Position numbers and translations under genes: made by a program
Source: Phyllosticta citribraziliensis
Lineage: Eukaryota
DNA length: 64,000 nt
Direction: 5' to 3'
NCBI RefSeq assembly: GCF_038025025.1
Contig: NW_027117345.1
Coordinates: 496,001 to 560,000 of the forward strand
Notes under the pieces: model-generated
Told to the model about the DNA's origin: nothing
The model's database searches: none
The model's input: the letters and a program-made list of their open reading frames with translations, nothing else
Shown here: positions 22,673-34,670 of the stretch, one piece after another
How positions within the stretch are numbered: position 1 is the first letter of the stretch
How the letters are laid out: each line of letters opens with the position of its first letter

Positions 22673-23605
22673 CTACAACTCGTCGTGACCGCTGGGCTCC
22701 TCGTCGTCGGGCATGCCTCCAGCGCCGCTGTAAAGCTTGCTGGTGATGGGGTATGCCACATTCGACAGCTTCTCCTTTTGCTCCTCAAAGTCCTCGCTCG
22801 ACGCCGTGGCCGCGTTCTCGTCAAGCCAGTCCTGAGCCTCCTTGACAGCGTCCAAGATCTGCAAGCCAGTGCGTTAGCCCATGTTTCAAACACAAAACGT
22901 CGCCTCCGTGCCACGGCAATGCTTACCGTCTCCTTGTCCTCGTCGTCAATCTTGCTGCCGAGTCCTTGCTCGTCGTTGACCTGGTTCTTCAAGCTGAAGG
23001 CGTAGTTCTCCAGAGAGTTCCTGGCCTCAATCTTCTCGCGAGTCGCCTTGTCCTCTTCGGCGTACTTCTCGGCCTCGGCCACCATGCGCTCAATCTCATC
23101 CGCGCTGAGGCGGCCCTTGTCGTTGGTGATGGTGATGGACTCGGACTTGCCCGTGCCCTTGTCACCGGCCGAAACCTTGAGAATTCCGTTGGCGTCCAGC
23201 TCGAAGGAGACCTCAATCTGAGGAACACCACGAGGCGCCGGAGGAATGCCAGTGAGCTCGAACTTGCCGAGCAAGTTGTTGTCCTTGGTCATCGAACGTT
23301 CTCCCTCGTACACCTGGATCAGGACGACGGGCTGGTTGTCAGCCGCAGTCGAGAAGATCTGGCTCTTGCGAGTCGGGATCGTGGTGCCGCGCTTGATCAG
23401 CTGCGTCATGACACCGCCAGTGGTCTCAATACCGAGGGTAAGAGGGTTGACATCCATGAGGACGACGCCAGACGCCTCCTCCTCGCCCGCCAAGATACCA
23501 CCCTGGACAGCGGCACCGTACGCGACGGCCTCGTCAGGGTTGACGTCCTTGCGAGCCTTCTTTCCGAAGAACTCCTCAAGCATGGCCTGAACCTTGGGAA
23601 TACGG

Positions 23606-23636
<31 letters not shown>

Positions 23637-24856
23637 TGTCGGCCTTCTTGAGCTTGGCGTCCTTGAGAACTTGCTCGACGGGCTTGAGCGTCTTCTTGAA
23701 CAGGTCGTTGTTGAGCTCCTCAAACTTGGCGCGGGTGAGCGTCTCCGAGAAGTCGTTGCCATCGTGGAAAGATTCGACTTCAATCTTGGTCGACATTTGC
23801 GACGAACTGTTCACGATTAGCTCAAAGTCCTCCCATACTTCGCGCGGCGAGACTTACAGGGTACGCTTGGCCTTCTCGACCTCGCGCTTCAGCTTACCCA
23901 TCGTCTTGGGGTTCTTGGAAATGTCGACATTGTTCTTCTTGTTGTACTGCTTGACAAAGTAGTCCATGACGCGGTTGTCAAAGTCCTCACCACCAAGGTG
24001 GGTATCACCAGCGGTAGCCTGGACCTCAAAAACGCCCTCGTCGACCGTGAGGATGGAAACATCAAAGGTACCACCACCAAGGTCGTAGACAATGATCTGG
24101 CGCTCCGACTTGTCATCCTTCTTATCGAGACCGTAAGCCAGGGCAGCCGCAGTAGGCTCGTTGACGACACGGAGGACGTTCAGGCCGGCAATGGTACCGG
24201 CGTCCTTGGTGGCGGCACGCTGGGCGTCGTTGAAGTAGGCAGGGACAGTCACAACGGCGTTGCGGACAGTCTCTCCGAGGTAGCCCTCGGCGACCTCCTT
24301 CATCTTGCCGAGAACCATGGCGCTGACCTCCTCGGGGGTAAACGTCCTGTCCTCACCCTTGACCTCGACGGTGACACGGGGTTGACCACCCTTGTTGACA
24401 ACCTTGAAGGGGAAGTGCTTGATATCATTCTGGACGTCCTTGTCGCTCCACTTGCGGCCAATCATGCGCTTAATGTCAAAGATAGTCCGGTGGGGGTTCG
24501 ATGCGTCTACGCTGGGGTTAGCAATTGCAAAAAAGTGGGAACAAGCAGCAAAACTTACATTGGTTCTTGGCGGCGTCACCGACAAGACGTTCCTCGTCCG
24601 TGAATGCGACCCAAGAAGGTGTGATACGGTTACCCTGGTCGTTGACGATGATTTCAACCTTGCCGCCCTTCATGACACCAACGCAAGAGTATGTGGTTCC
24701 CAAGTCGATACCGACGACTGGACCCTTGACGGCGCCCTCGTCGGCCTGGGCCCTCGCCGTGCCCAGCAGCACCATGGGTGCGCAGATGACGAGGAGGAGA
24801 TAGAGGACCGTAGTCCATTGGAAGCGCGAGTTGGCGCCTCTCGACCGCCGAGCCAT
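22673..24856 (-). CDS. KAR2: ER Hsp70 chaperone BiP; introns 24507-24558, 23807-23857, 22859-22926
   Basis: Signal peptide; [43 protein letters not shown]-terminal HDEL. Confidence 0.98.
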
Positions 24857-25236
24857 GTCGAACGGTGGTGGGGGTTGTCGATCAAAGGGTTGTTGTAGCT
24901 GTAGCTGGAGGGAAGCTGTAGGTAGCTGTGGCTGGAAGCTTTGGTCCGGCGCGTCTCTCAAGCGCGGAAAGAAAGAAGGGGGGTATCACAGAAAAGACGA
25001 AGGGGAAGAAATGGTCTGGTGGAGAGAGAGAGAGACCGGGTGATGTGGTGAGAAAAGACAAAGACCTCAACCCTGGTAGAAGAGGTTTATGTAGGCGCTT
25101 TCTCAAGTCACCACCGTTGCCTTTTCGCTGATGCTTGAGCCCGCGGGTAATCAGCGTCGCCGCCTCCGGAACGGGCTTAGTGCGAGGGCCGTAGCCGCAA
25201 TAGGGCAAACTGCAACCTGTCCTTTACGATTGCACC

Positions 25237-25251
25237 TGAAGCTTCCAGAAC
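25237..25251. promoter_or_regulatory. Heat-shock element (nGAAnnTTCnnGAAn) about 380 bp upstream of the BiP start codon
   Basis: tGAAgcTTCcaGAAc, three perfect alternating units. Confidence 0.7.
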
Positions 25252-26504
25252 ACGGCCCCAATCATGCTCGGCCCTCCCCCATCAATATTCATGCATCCGA
25301 TGCTTCTTCAAGAAGCTCGTCTTTTGCACCTTGTCGTCGGCCACGGACTGATCACCTCTCGCTCACGGACGCACGACCTCAGCTACCACTTGGCACTCGG
25401 AACCTTCGCTTGCCGTCGACTGCTTCAGACGAGACACCTGGCATCTTGTGCTACTCTAGCTTCTCGACGGAACACTGCTCAAATTTCTGAGCGCCACCAC
25501 CACTTTGACTCATTCTAAAAAAGTTGCCTTCAAGCGACTAGCCGAGGGGCGCCGTCTGCAACGTGGTCTCGTCGTCCATGGCGGTTCTCGTGGCCCTGTT
25601 ATCAACCCCATGTTACACTCTCCCGCGTGCGCCATAGTTGCTCGTGCGATCCCCAGCAGATTCTCGGGATTCGGAACATCTTTCAAATTTCCTGGCGGTG
25701 TCATTTTCTGTTTCTGTTCTGAGTGTCTGGTTCCTTCACAATGTCCATTTTACATCAGCTTTCCTAATCGGGAAACTCTCCATCCACAACTTGCATCACG
25801 ACGATGGCAGGTCATGAGTCGTCCGCCTCCAGTGGCGCGTTGCCTCTGAAGACTTTGACACGTTCGCCTCATTGTCATGACTGCTTCAGAGGTCGCCTCT
25901 TGCCACGACTTGTAGCCACGTTTTGCAAGTCGATTACCTTCTAGTCCCTTCTAACGCAAGGCTGCGCTTGAAGGACAGAAATCACTTGTGTACTGAGGAC
26001 ATTTCGGATAGTCTGACGACTCTGCATCCCGATGCGTGCAGCTTTTGAACGCTTCTCAAGTCTTGACGCGACGTGAAGCCACAAATGCTTGCACTAGCAT
26101 TCCGATCCCATCCATTCCCACCACTGCATGATGTTACAGCCTCACGTTTTTGTCCGAAATCTCAACACGCGAGCAAGGTTGCCAAAGCCATGGCGCAGCT
26201 CTCGTAGTCAACATGGAAACCGACGACCTGCCCGAGCAGTCAACTGCCTAAGATAATGCTGGACTACAAGTACATGCATTTCCCTCTCCTTGACCGACTC
26301 ACCAACAAGCCCATCTCATCATTCTCAGAACGCCGACTTGACAACCGAGTAAATGAAAGCCATCTGAGCCCCAGACGTCGCACTTTGCAGCTACTGAGTC
26401 CCCATCGACTGCACTCATCACCACGCATTTTCCTCTGACCACGGTACGTGAGTGAGTATCCATCACACTTTTCTTACCGATGTAGCACTGCAGCTTCACA
26501 CCGC

Positions 26505-26605
26505 AAAGAAGCGTCCGTTCACCTTCCACCGCGCGTCGGGGGCAATCATCCGCCGTCGCCATCGCAAGAATCAGAAACCAGTCATTCATCACCGCAGCTG
26601 GACCT
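26505..26605 (+). repeat. Dispersed 33-nt-period repeat, copy D
   Basis: 26573-26605 AGAAACCAGTCATTCATCACCGCAGCTGGACCT shares a 21/22 core with copy C and is 25/33 identical to 7436-7468; two more degenerate units precede it. Confidence 0.75.
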
Positions 26606-27143
26606 GTAGTCATTTCCTTCGATGTCAATTCATCCACGTATATATTTACATGTACTGTGTGCATGGCTAGCTACGCAGCAGGGCAAAGTAGCCGCACACA
26701 GTCTACGTGATCGGAGCAGTCCAGCCCAGTCCAGTCCTGTCCGGTCCAGTCACTGGCTGCATGAGACTCCGTACCTACAACGCCATAGGGTCGACGCCAA
26801 TCCCGTCCGTGTCCCTCCACTCCATCAAGCCATCTATCTGTCTGTGCGTCTGTGCGTCTGTGCGTCCGTCCGTACATCCAGCGCAAAAAGACATTAGCAA
26901 TTGGATACTCGGACCACTGCGGTAGGCAGGCTGGACGGACGGACGGACGGACGGACGCCTGGACTGACAGACAGACGGCAAACAGGCAGACTAGACTGAC
27001 AGACGCAAAAAGTCTCGTCTGGAAATGTCGTCTTAACGAACAGCATGAAAAGAAAGAAAGGTAAAGAAAAGAAGAAATAAAGAAACGACAGGGCCCCGAA
27101 AAGCGAGAAGAACCCAAACCCCCTTCTTAAACCTCTCGACCCC

Positions 27144-28863
27144 CTAAAACAAACTACTATGCTTCTTCGCCAACGCGCCGCCCGCGCCCTCCGACACCAA
27201 CGTCCGTAGCCCAAAGAAACTGCTCTTCTTGGCGCCGCCAGCTTGCAACCGCCGCCCAGGGTCGCTCGGCCGCAGCAGCCCGCCGCCGCCAAAGTACGCG
27301 CCGGGCCCCACGCTCGGCCCGCTGTGCCAGTTGGAGCTGGCGTTGGCGTTGGCGTTCGCTGGGCGCAGAGGGACGGAGGGCTGCGGCCGCACGTGGCGGT
27401 CCGGACGGGGCGAGGGGTGCGGTTGAGGTCGCGGCGCAGGCGGGGGCGCGGCGGCGGCGCGCCCTTGCGGAATCGTCCACAGCCCGTTGCTCAGACGCTG
27501 TGGTTGCGGACCGTGAGGGCGGCGGAATGGACCAGTGTGCTGGGGAGGCGGCGGCGTCGGCGCCGCGTGTCTACCAGGCGGTGGGTGGTGGTGTTGTGCT
27601 GGCGGCCGCGGCGATTGCTGCTGCTTTGGCGCGAGGAGGTTCTCTTGCGTGCCGTATTTGCGGCGGAGCCGCTCCGTCTCTTTGCTCACTTGGGCGTCCT
27701 TTTTGCGTTTCTGCTTCTCCTCCGCCTCGACCATTTTGCGAATCCGCCTCGTCTCGTTGTCGAGCTCCCATTGCGCGCGCGGGTCCAGCCGGGGCCCCGT
27801 TTCCTGGCGCTGTGACGAATTGGCGTTGCTATTTGTGTTGATGGGAGGTAGCGATTGCCTTTTAAGCTGGTTCGGGGTGGGTGCCGGTGCTAATGGCCGC
27901 TGTTGATGCGTTTGGCTCGCGGTCCGGACTGGGGCTGGTGCTGGGGCGAGAGCAACAGCCGGTGTGGCCACGCGGGCCGGTTCGAGGGGGAGAGTCTTCT
28001 TCCGGGTAATCATAGCACCGCTGTTCTTCCTCGGATCGCTCACGTTGAAGACCTGGTTGATCTGTCCAAAGTAGATGTCACGGATGGCTGCCGCCGACAG
28101 AAGCAATACGACCTCCAGCCCCTTGGGATCCTCCATTTCCACTCTGAACAGATTCGACTCGTACACCGTCACTTCACGCAGGGAGCGGAACAGGGCCACG
28201 GCAATGTCTGGTTCCTTGGACTTTTTCTTCTTCTTGGCCGGATCTGTCGACTTGCCCGTCATATAGCACGTCAGGTCCTTGGACAATTTGCTCTCCCTCC
28301 TCCACACAAAGTTGAGCTTCGGGGTCGTGATGTCGGCGGCCGGGTCGTTCAAGGTCCTGTCCAATGTCGAGGCGCTGGGTAGCCGGAAGGTGACTTGCGG
28401 CATGCTGAATTCGTAGCTGGCGGCACCACCCCAGGACCCGCTCTTTTGCTTTACCGTGACCTGCTGGTCCGGGTCGTACAGCTGGATTGTAAAGTTGGCG
28501 GGCAGAATTGGCTGCGGCATGGGAGTGACGCCGCCATTCCGTCGGATCTCATCCTGCGAGAGGGTGGGCGAGGTGAACTCTGGCTTGACCAGAGTCTCGC
28601 CGTAGACGACATCGGGGTTGAAAGCATCGAACAGGCCCGCGGCGTAGCAGTTTTTGGACGAGATTAACGAAGGATCGGGATGGCGGAGGGAATAGGCAAC
28701 CTCGGGCTCGCCGCCATGGATGGAGTAAAAGAATGCCTGGTGATGCTTGACGCCGTCTGGCGAAGCTTTGAGGAAAAAAGCTGGACCTGGGTTAGCACGA
28801 GGGGGGCAAGCAACGGACCATGTGAGTGGGAGGTTACTGACTAGGGAGGTTCTCGTCGAGCAT
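27144..28863 (-). CDS. Conserved fungal hypothetical protein (folded N-terminal domain, Pro/Gln-rich tail); intron about 28788-28837
   Basis: MLDENLP|..FFLK; YAAGLFDAFNPDVVYGE, FTIQLYDPDQQV, LNFVWRRE, EMEDPKGLEVVLLL; continuous frame to stop at 27144. Confidence 0.8.
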
Positions 28864-29857
28864 TGCGCGGCGAGACAGAGACCAAGTCGATAGCGATGGA
28901 GGTTGACGCGGCGACGCAGGCAAAATGAGGTCCCCGGCGAGTAAAGAGGGAGGCAGAGACGAGAATCCTTGCGGGCCTGAGAACAGGCGGCAGTTTTTGT
29001 TTGAGGCTGTGGTGTGTCCGGGATGTCGCAAGCTGCGGAGCGCAGGCTGATGAGCGGGCACGGGCCAATCCCGATCCGTCCAGAGGGTGCTACGGGCGAA
29101 GCTCAGCTGGTGCTGTCCCTCTGCCCCTCCTCGCTCGGCACACTCTGTTCTTTGTTCCCGTTCCGCCGCCGCTTGCTTGCGTCGTTGGATGTTTGGGGCT
29201 TGGTCACCAACACTGCACTGCTCCACCGTCCGGATGCTTCACCTCACCGCAGACGGATCGTCGTGCTCGGCGCGGTGGTGCACAGCCTCCCGTCGGCGGC
29301 CTACTCTGCTGTATCTGAGAAGAGAATGACGCGACCCCCGCCCACCACATCAACACCAACGAGCCCATCCTGCTTAGTCGAACCATCCTGCCGCTGCCTT
29401 AAGCCCAAGACGTCGTTAGCTGCGAGCCCGCAACGCGCAACGCGTGTCCACCCACTTGCGTACCCCGGATCGCCTGATTATTAGGTACACCCTCTCGGCT
29501 ACCCGGTACCCGCTCCACCTCGGTAGGTGGCTTTTGCGCCGGAGAATCTGGGGGAGTCCGACCATACGCGAATCCTGCATGCATGCTGTCGCCAACTGCA
29601 CTCTGGCCGTTGGCATGGCGAGCAAAACTTTCGCCTGCAATCCCTCTGCCGTTGTCATGTAATTGACGCCTGCAGGGCCGTCGATAGGCTACCTCTACCG
29701 AGCAGATAGGATTCAACACCCGCCCTCACGCGGGTTATAAGTGCATTATCGCCGTACGGAAAGGATGCTGAGTGCTCCTCGTGTGCACAGTCTAACCAAC
29801 TCGGCTCTAAGCTGCTGTGATTTTTCTTTTTTCTATCTCTCCCTCCCCTCCTCGACA

Positions 29858-30842
29858 ATGCCACAGCCAGTCCCGCTGCAGCGCCTCCCATACGCTGCGC
29901 CCCGCGAAGCCTTCATAAACGCCCTAGAAAGAGATGGCTGCGTCATCATCCAAAACTTCACAGACAAGGAGACGTTAGCACAAGCAAGAGCAGAAGTCCA
30001 ACCGTACCTGGACGCTGAAGAGAAGGGCTCCTCAGTTGGCGGTAAGATGACGCAGGCTGATGAAGCGCGCCGCCCTCCAGTCCTCCGTTGATAATATAAG
30101 CACCGTCAGCCAACACGACTGCTCCCCTGTAGCTCTAGAAGGCCAGACCAAGACATGCACGCGTCTGATCGGCCGCAGCGCCACGGTGCGCGACAAGTAC
30201 TTCTCGGACCCGCTATACCAAGCCCTCGTCGACCATTTCCTGACTCTCACCACCACCTGTTGGTACGGCACCGAGCCGAGCACCACCGTCTCGCCGCCCG
30301 TGCTCTCCATCGGAATCACCATGGACATACAGCCCGGCACGCCCGCCCAGCGTTTGCACCGCGATGACAAAAATCACCATGCCCGCCACGCCGCCGCGTC
30401 GTCGTACGACTATTCTTCCAATGGCAGCCGTGACGTGCTCCTCGGCCTCTTCGTGCCCGGCTGCGACACGACCCGCGCCAACGGCGCTACGCGCGTCGTC
30501 CCTGGGAGCCACCTTTGGGGCGATGAGCGGCCCGACTTTGGCGACGATGGCACCAAGGGCGTTGTCGACGTCGCCCTCCAAGTGGGCGAGGCCATGGTCA
30601 TGTTGGGCAGCTTGTACCATGGCGGCGGCGAGTACAGCCGCCTGGACGGCAAGAGTCGGACAATGCACATCATGTTTTGCTGCTCGGGCGTCCACAGGCA
30701 GGAGGAGATTTCCTTCCTTTCGTATCCAATCGAGGACGTCAAGACGTACTCGCCACTGGTACAGCAGCGGCTTGGGTGGAAGCAGAGCGAGCCGAACTTG
30801 GGTTGGGTCGATTTGAAGTCACCAGAGTTTCTGCTAAAGTGA
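29858..30842 (+). CDS. Phytanoyl-CoA dioxygenase (PhyH) family Fe(II)/2-oxoglutarate dioxygenase; intron 30042-30132
   Basis: ALERDGCVII, PAQRLHRDD (HxD), NGATRVVPGSHLW, LYHGGG (distal His), RQEE. Confidence 0.9.
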
Positions 30843-31481
30843 GGCACTTGGTAAACTGCGACCATCTGGAGCCCATTGGCTATTGCATGGCTGGATGTTG
30901 ACATGGTCTTTTCTCGCTTCCAGAAAATGACGTCAGTGGACAGTAAGTTCAAGCTTTTTGGTGACGCAGGGGCCTGCAGGTAGTCGCTGGGGTTAGTACG
31001 AGGTTCGCGCGTAGATCCATCAAGCTTGCATACCGGCCGATAGTGATAATGCCGACTGAGAGTGATGTGGAGAGGCTGTGGCACTGTCTGGTCAATTTAA
31101 GCATCTACATCCTGTGCGACGTGTAAAGAAATTTGCGGTGGCAGTGACAACTGAGATGCAAGCCTATTATTTGAGAACTCTAGCCTAGAGTCATCCTGCA
31201 TGACGGACAAAACGGAAACTTGTGCTGATCAAAGGTGATTATTGAGTGTTTTGAGACTCGGAAAGTGAAAGCAAGGAAAACCGATAAACCAAAAGACGCC
31301 ACGCCACACATGGGTATCGAGCCGTGAATGCATGCAAGCGGACCTTGGAGGCCTCGCCTTTCGTAGTGTGGTTGGGACGAAGGGAAAAGTGGTATCTGGG
31401 TATCAAAGAACATCCATGACGTGTGTAAGAGGTGATTGCAGCAGCAACATTGTGCGCTGTGCCTCAATGCTTGCTCATCGC

Positions 31482-32096
31482 TTAGACGTAGGTGCGGCGA
31501 AAAGTGCCACGCCGGCTACAGATGTGTCAGCATAGGGTTGGCTGGTTGGATGTACGTGTGTTGAACTTACTTGCCCTCGGCGGTGCGCCTGTGAAAGACG
31601 TAGGCGCCCAATAGGAAGCTGGCAAACCAGAAGCAGGCGCTGATGAACGCGAAGGCTTCGTCAGCCTTCCACTTGCTGCAGTAGCTGTTGTCGGTCAAGC
31701 CACCCCAATGGAAGGCCCTGCCGCAGTTGATGTCGCCGATCCAGTCAACCAGCAAGCCGAAAGACGCAAACCAGGCCAGCGACAGGAACAGGTCGAAAGG
31801 GTAGTGCAGGAAGGTGAAGGTGAAGGGAATCATCCAAATGAGGGAGAAGAAGATGGAGAGGGCGGCGATGATGAGGGTGTAGATCTCGCGACCCTTGGGG
31901 CCATCATAGTCATGGTGGTGCTGGTCGTAGAGAAACCAGGCCGTGACTCCGAGACAGACCTGTTCGGGGAGGTGTGGTCAGCCAAAGGTTGCCAGCCAGT
32001 CGGGCGCTTTGCTTTTGCTTGGGCGTTATTACTTACAGAGGCGGAGACGAACTGGCCGAAGCGAAGGAAGAGGCTGACGAGACGACTGAGGATCAT
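31482..32096 (-). CDS. MARVEL (membrane-associating) domain tetraspan protein, 3 exons
   Basis: SLFLRFGQFVSA, REIYTLIIAALSI, DLFLSLAWFASFGLL, CSKWKADEAFAFISA; introns about 31960-32036 and 31516-31570; probable last exon ending RRGTFRRTYV*. Confidence 0.82.
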
Positions 32097-33240
32097 CGTG
32101 GTGTATTTTGGGAGGATTCTTTGGTGGTGTTTGTTTGTTTGGGAGAATGGCGAGTGAGTGACTGGAAAGAAAGTGGCACTGGCGGTGGTTCCAAGCGAGT
32201 GGTTTAATACCCAAGGTAAGAAGTCGCGTCTTGAAGAAAACAAGGCACACTTCTGTTCTGTTCTGTTCTTGCTGCATCCCTCAGATCCCACCCACCTCAT
32301 TTCGCTGCTGGTGACCTCAGGCGCGCACAAGCCTTGGCCCTTGCAGTCGTGATTGGCCAGGGCCGGATGCAGTGTGCTCAGCCCAATGCAAGCAAGGAAG
32401 CCACAAGCCTCGCTCTCCTACGTCAGCAGGTCAAGGCGAAGCACCACCACCACCACCACCACCAGACATCAGACATGCTGTTTGCTCATTGCTACGTGCC
32501 AAACTCCGAGTGGACCTGCACAAAAGTCGAAAGAAATGAGACTCTGGGTCTAGCGGCAGTGATGAGCCACTGCTCCCTTAGCACGACTCTGATGGGGGAG
32601 GACTACTCCTCATCGCAACTTCAGTGATAGATGACGATGCTCTGGCGTAGTAGATGTGATGGTGGGCGAAGGAGCCGCCGCACTATTAGGGACACTCTTT
32701 TTCAACTGTGGCAGTGAAATGGAAGAAAAGTCATCAACCAGCCATCTTGTCGGGCAAGCCACGGCGATGCGCAGCGAAAGACGACGTCAACGACAGTCGA
32801 ATCATGTCGAAGCCGTGGTGTGGTCCAAGCCTGAGTCGGGTCTGAAGCGTGAGAGTACCCCGTCGGCCTCTGACTCAGCCCAGCTAGCCGAGCCCACCCC
32901 CAACCTTCCCCTCGCTGCAGCCACTGATCAACACTCACACCTCTGTCTGCACCAAAGCCCGAACCGTCTGATCCGGTAGGCCCTTTGCCTTTTCCTTCAC
33001 GCCCCTCGCCTTCGTCTGGGTGCCTTTCTTTTACAGTCTTGTCACATTCGAGTCTCTACCCCCAGCCACCACTTCCCAACGCCACACATGTGGCTCCGCT
33101 GATCTTTTAGGCAACCACTCCATGGGATTTGGCGCGCTGCTGAGAAACAACAAACTTCTACGCTTTACCTGTCCCCTCGCTTTTTCGTTACTTGTTCCGT
33201 TCTAACAAGTCTCACTGCTTGTCCCCACTCGTTGACTGCC

Positions 33241-34113
33241 ATGCTTACTCTCGCTACCATCTCCTGGGCCATTCCCCCCATGTGGACGCTCTTGGGAGCA
33301 TTCGTTCTGTCGCTACCGCTGCTTGCAATTTGTTACAAGAATCACCTTCAAACGACCCCTTATTCAAAGGCCAGCTTCTTCGACCTGCCCCCGGAAATTC
33401 GAGACATGGTTTACGAAGAATTGATCGACTCGAAATGCACTCCAACGTTCCCCGCACCTGTACCTCACTCTCCACAGCGCCTCCGCTTTGGCTGGCCGTT
33501 ACAGAAGAAGAAGCCCTCTTTTAACAGATATGGGATTTTGCTGGCAAGCCGCCAAGTTCACAAGGAGTTCACCGCTGTCATGTGTAAAAAAGCGCTGTTC
33601 GTCTTCCAGGTAGAGGACAGCGCAAAGGAGATGACCGGCAGCCTCTGGCCTCTCGACCAGGATACCATGACCAAAGTTCGCAATTGCGAGATCCGGGTCA
33701 TCGCGACATCCACCATGTTGGGCTCACGCGATCCGCGAACCATGCCTCGGGAGTGGGAACTGCGCGAGAGGGTCTGCGATGTGCTCAGCTCCATGGCCAA
33801 GGTCAACTCTTTGCGACTCCACGTGCACGCCCAGCCCGATCGGCTTTGGAATCCACTCTGGTTGTGGTCTGCGGTTTCGCAGCAGTTCAAGTGCGTCGAC
33901 AAGCCCACCTTTACCGAAATCACATTTGGCCTCGAGTCGTGGACACTGGGAGAAAACTGTTTGAAGAGAGATGCGGACGGGAAATGGAAATGGAGGTGCC
34001 AAGCGGGGGACCATGTGGTAATGGATGATCCGGAGGGTTGGCAGCCCATCCGTGAATTTTGCGCAGCGCTGTACTGGGAGTGTCAAGTGTGTCAGCAGCG
34101 GGCCGCTTCGTGA
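33241..34113 (+). CDS. F-box-like domain hypothetical protein with N-terminal hydrophobic segment
   Basis: SFFDLPPEIRDMVYEELI and ILLASRQVHKEF motifs; single ORF of 290 aa. Confidence 0.75.
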   Translation: MLTLATISWAIPPMWTLLGAFVLSLPLLAICYKNHLQTTPYSKASFFDLPPEIRDMVYEELIDSKCTPTFPAPVPHSPQRLRFGWPLQKKKPSFNRYGILLASRQVHKEFTAVMCKKALFVFQVEDSAKEMTGSLWPLDQDTMTKVRNCEIRVIATSTMLGSRDPRTMPREWELRERVCDVLSSMAKVNSLRLHVHAQPDRLWNPLWLWSAVSQQFKCVDKPTFTEITFGLESWTLGENCLKRDADGKWKWRCQAGDHVVMDDPEGWQPIREFCAALYWECQVCQQRAAS

Positions 34114-34670
34114 ACGGCTCGGGCTGGCTGGCCGACGGTGTAAATGGCAGAATTATGAACAAATCAGCAGCGACCGTTGTTGGGCACCATGGCTGTGGCG
34201 GGTTATCGGCTGCTGAAGGCTCGGTGTCAGAAGTGTCACCTAGACCTGGTCGGACACCGAGTGCTCCCACTAATCCTGCTTCCTGCTGATGTAAAGAGAC
34301 TGGAGCTGTGTCTACAGGATTACGCTTTCACAATCTGTGCCGTGTGTTGGGCGCAAAGTCTCGACTGCTGCGGTCGGACTAGCCATTGGATACGTATCGG
34401 CAGGCGAACGAGTCGCGGAAGCATGGGTCGGGGACCCTGGACCCTTGGTCTGGCCCCCTGGCTTGCAAGCCTCGCTGGAAGCATTCAAACTAGTGCCTTC
34501 GCGCGACGCCGCGTCGTCCTCCTCCCGTTCCCGCCGCCCACAACCATGCGGCTCCCCTCATTGCTGAGGTTGCCAGTTCAATGCCGCAGCCGCCGCGCAT
34601 TCCTTGTGTCTGCCTGCGTCCGCTGTGACACCACCATCTCCAAGACACCGACTCCCACCGTTCATCAACC

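Noticed and set aside
24857..26100. UPRE in the BiP promoter
   Set aside because: Only partial CACGT/ACGTG-like cores; no confident match to a HacA/Hac1 consensus
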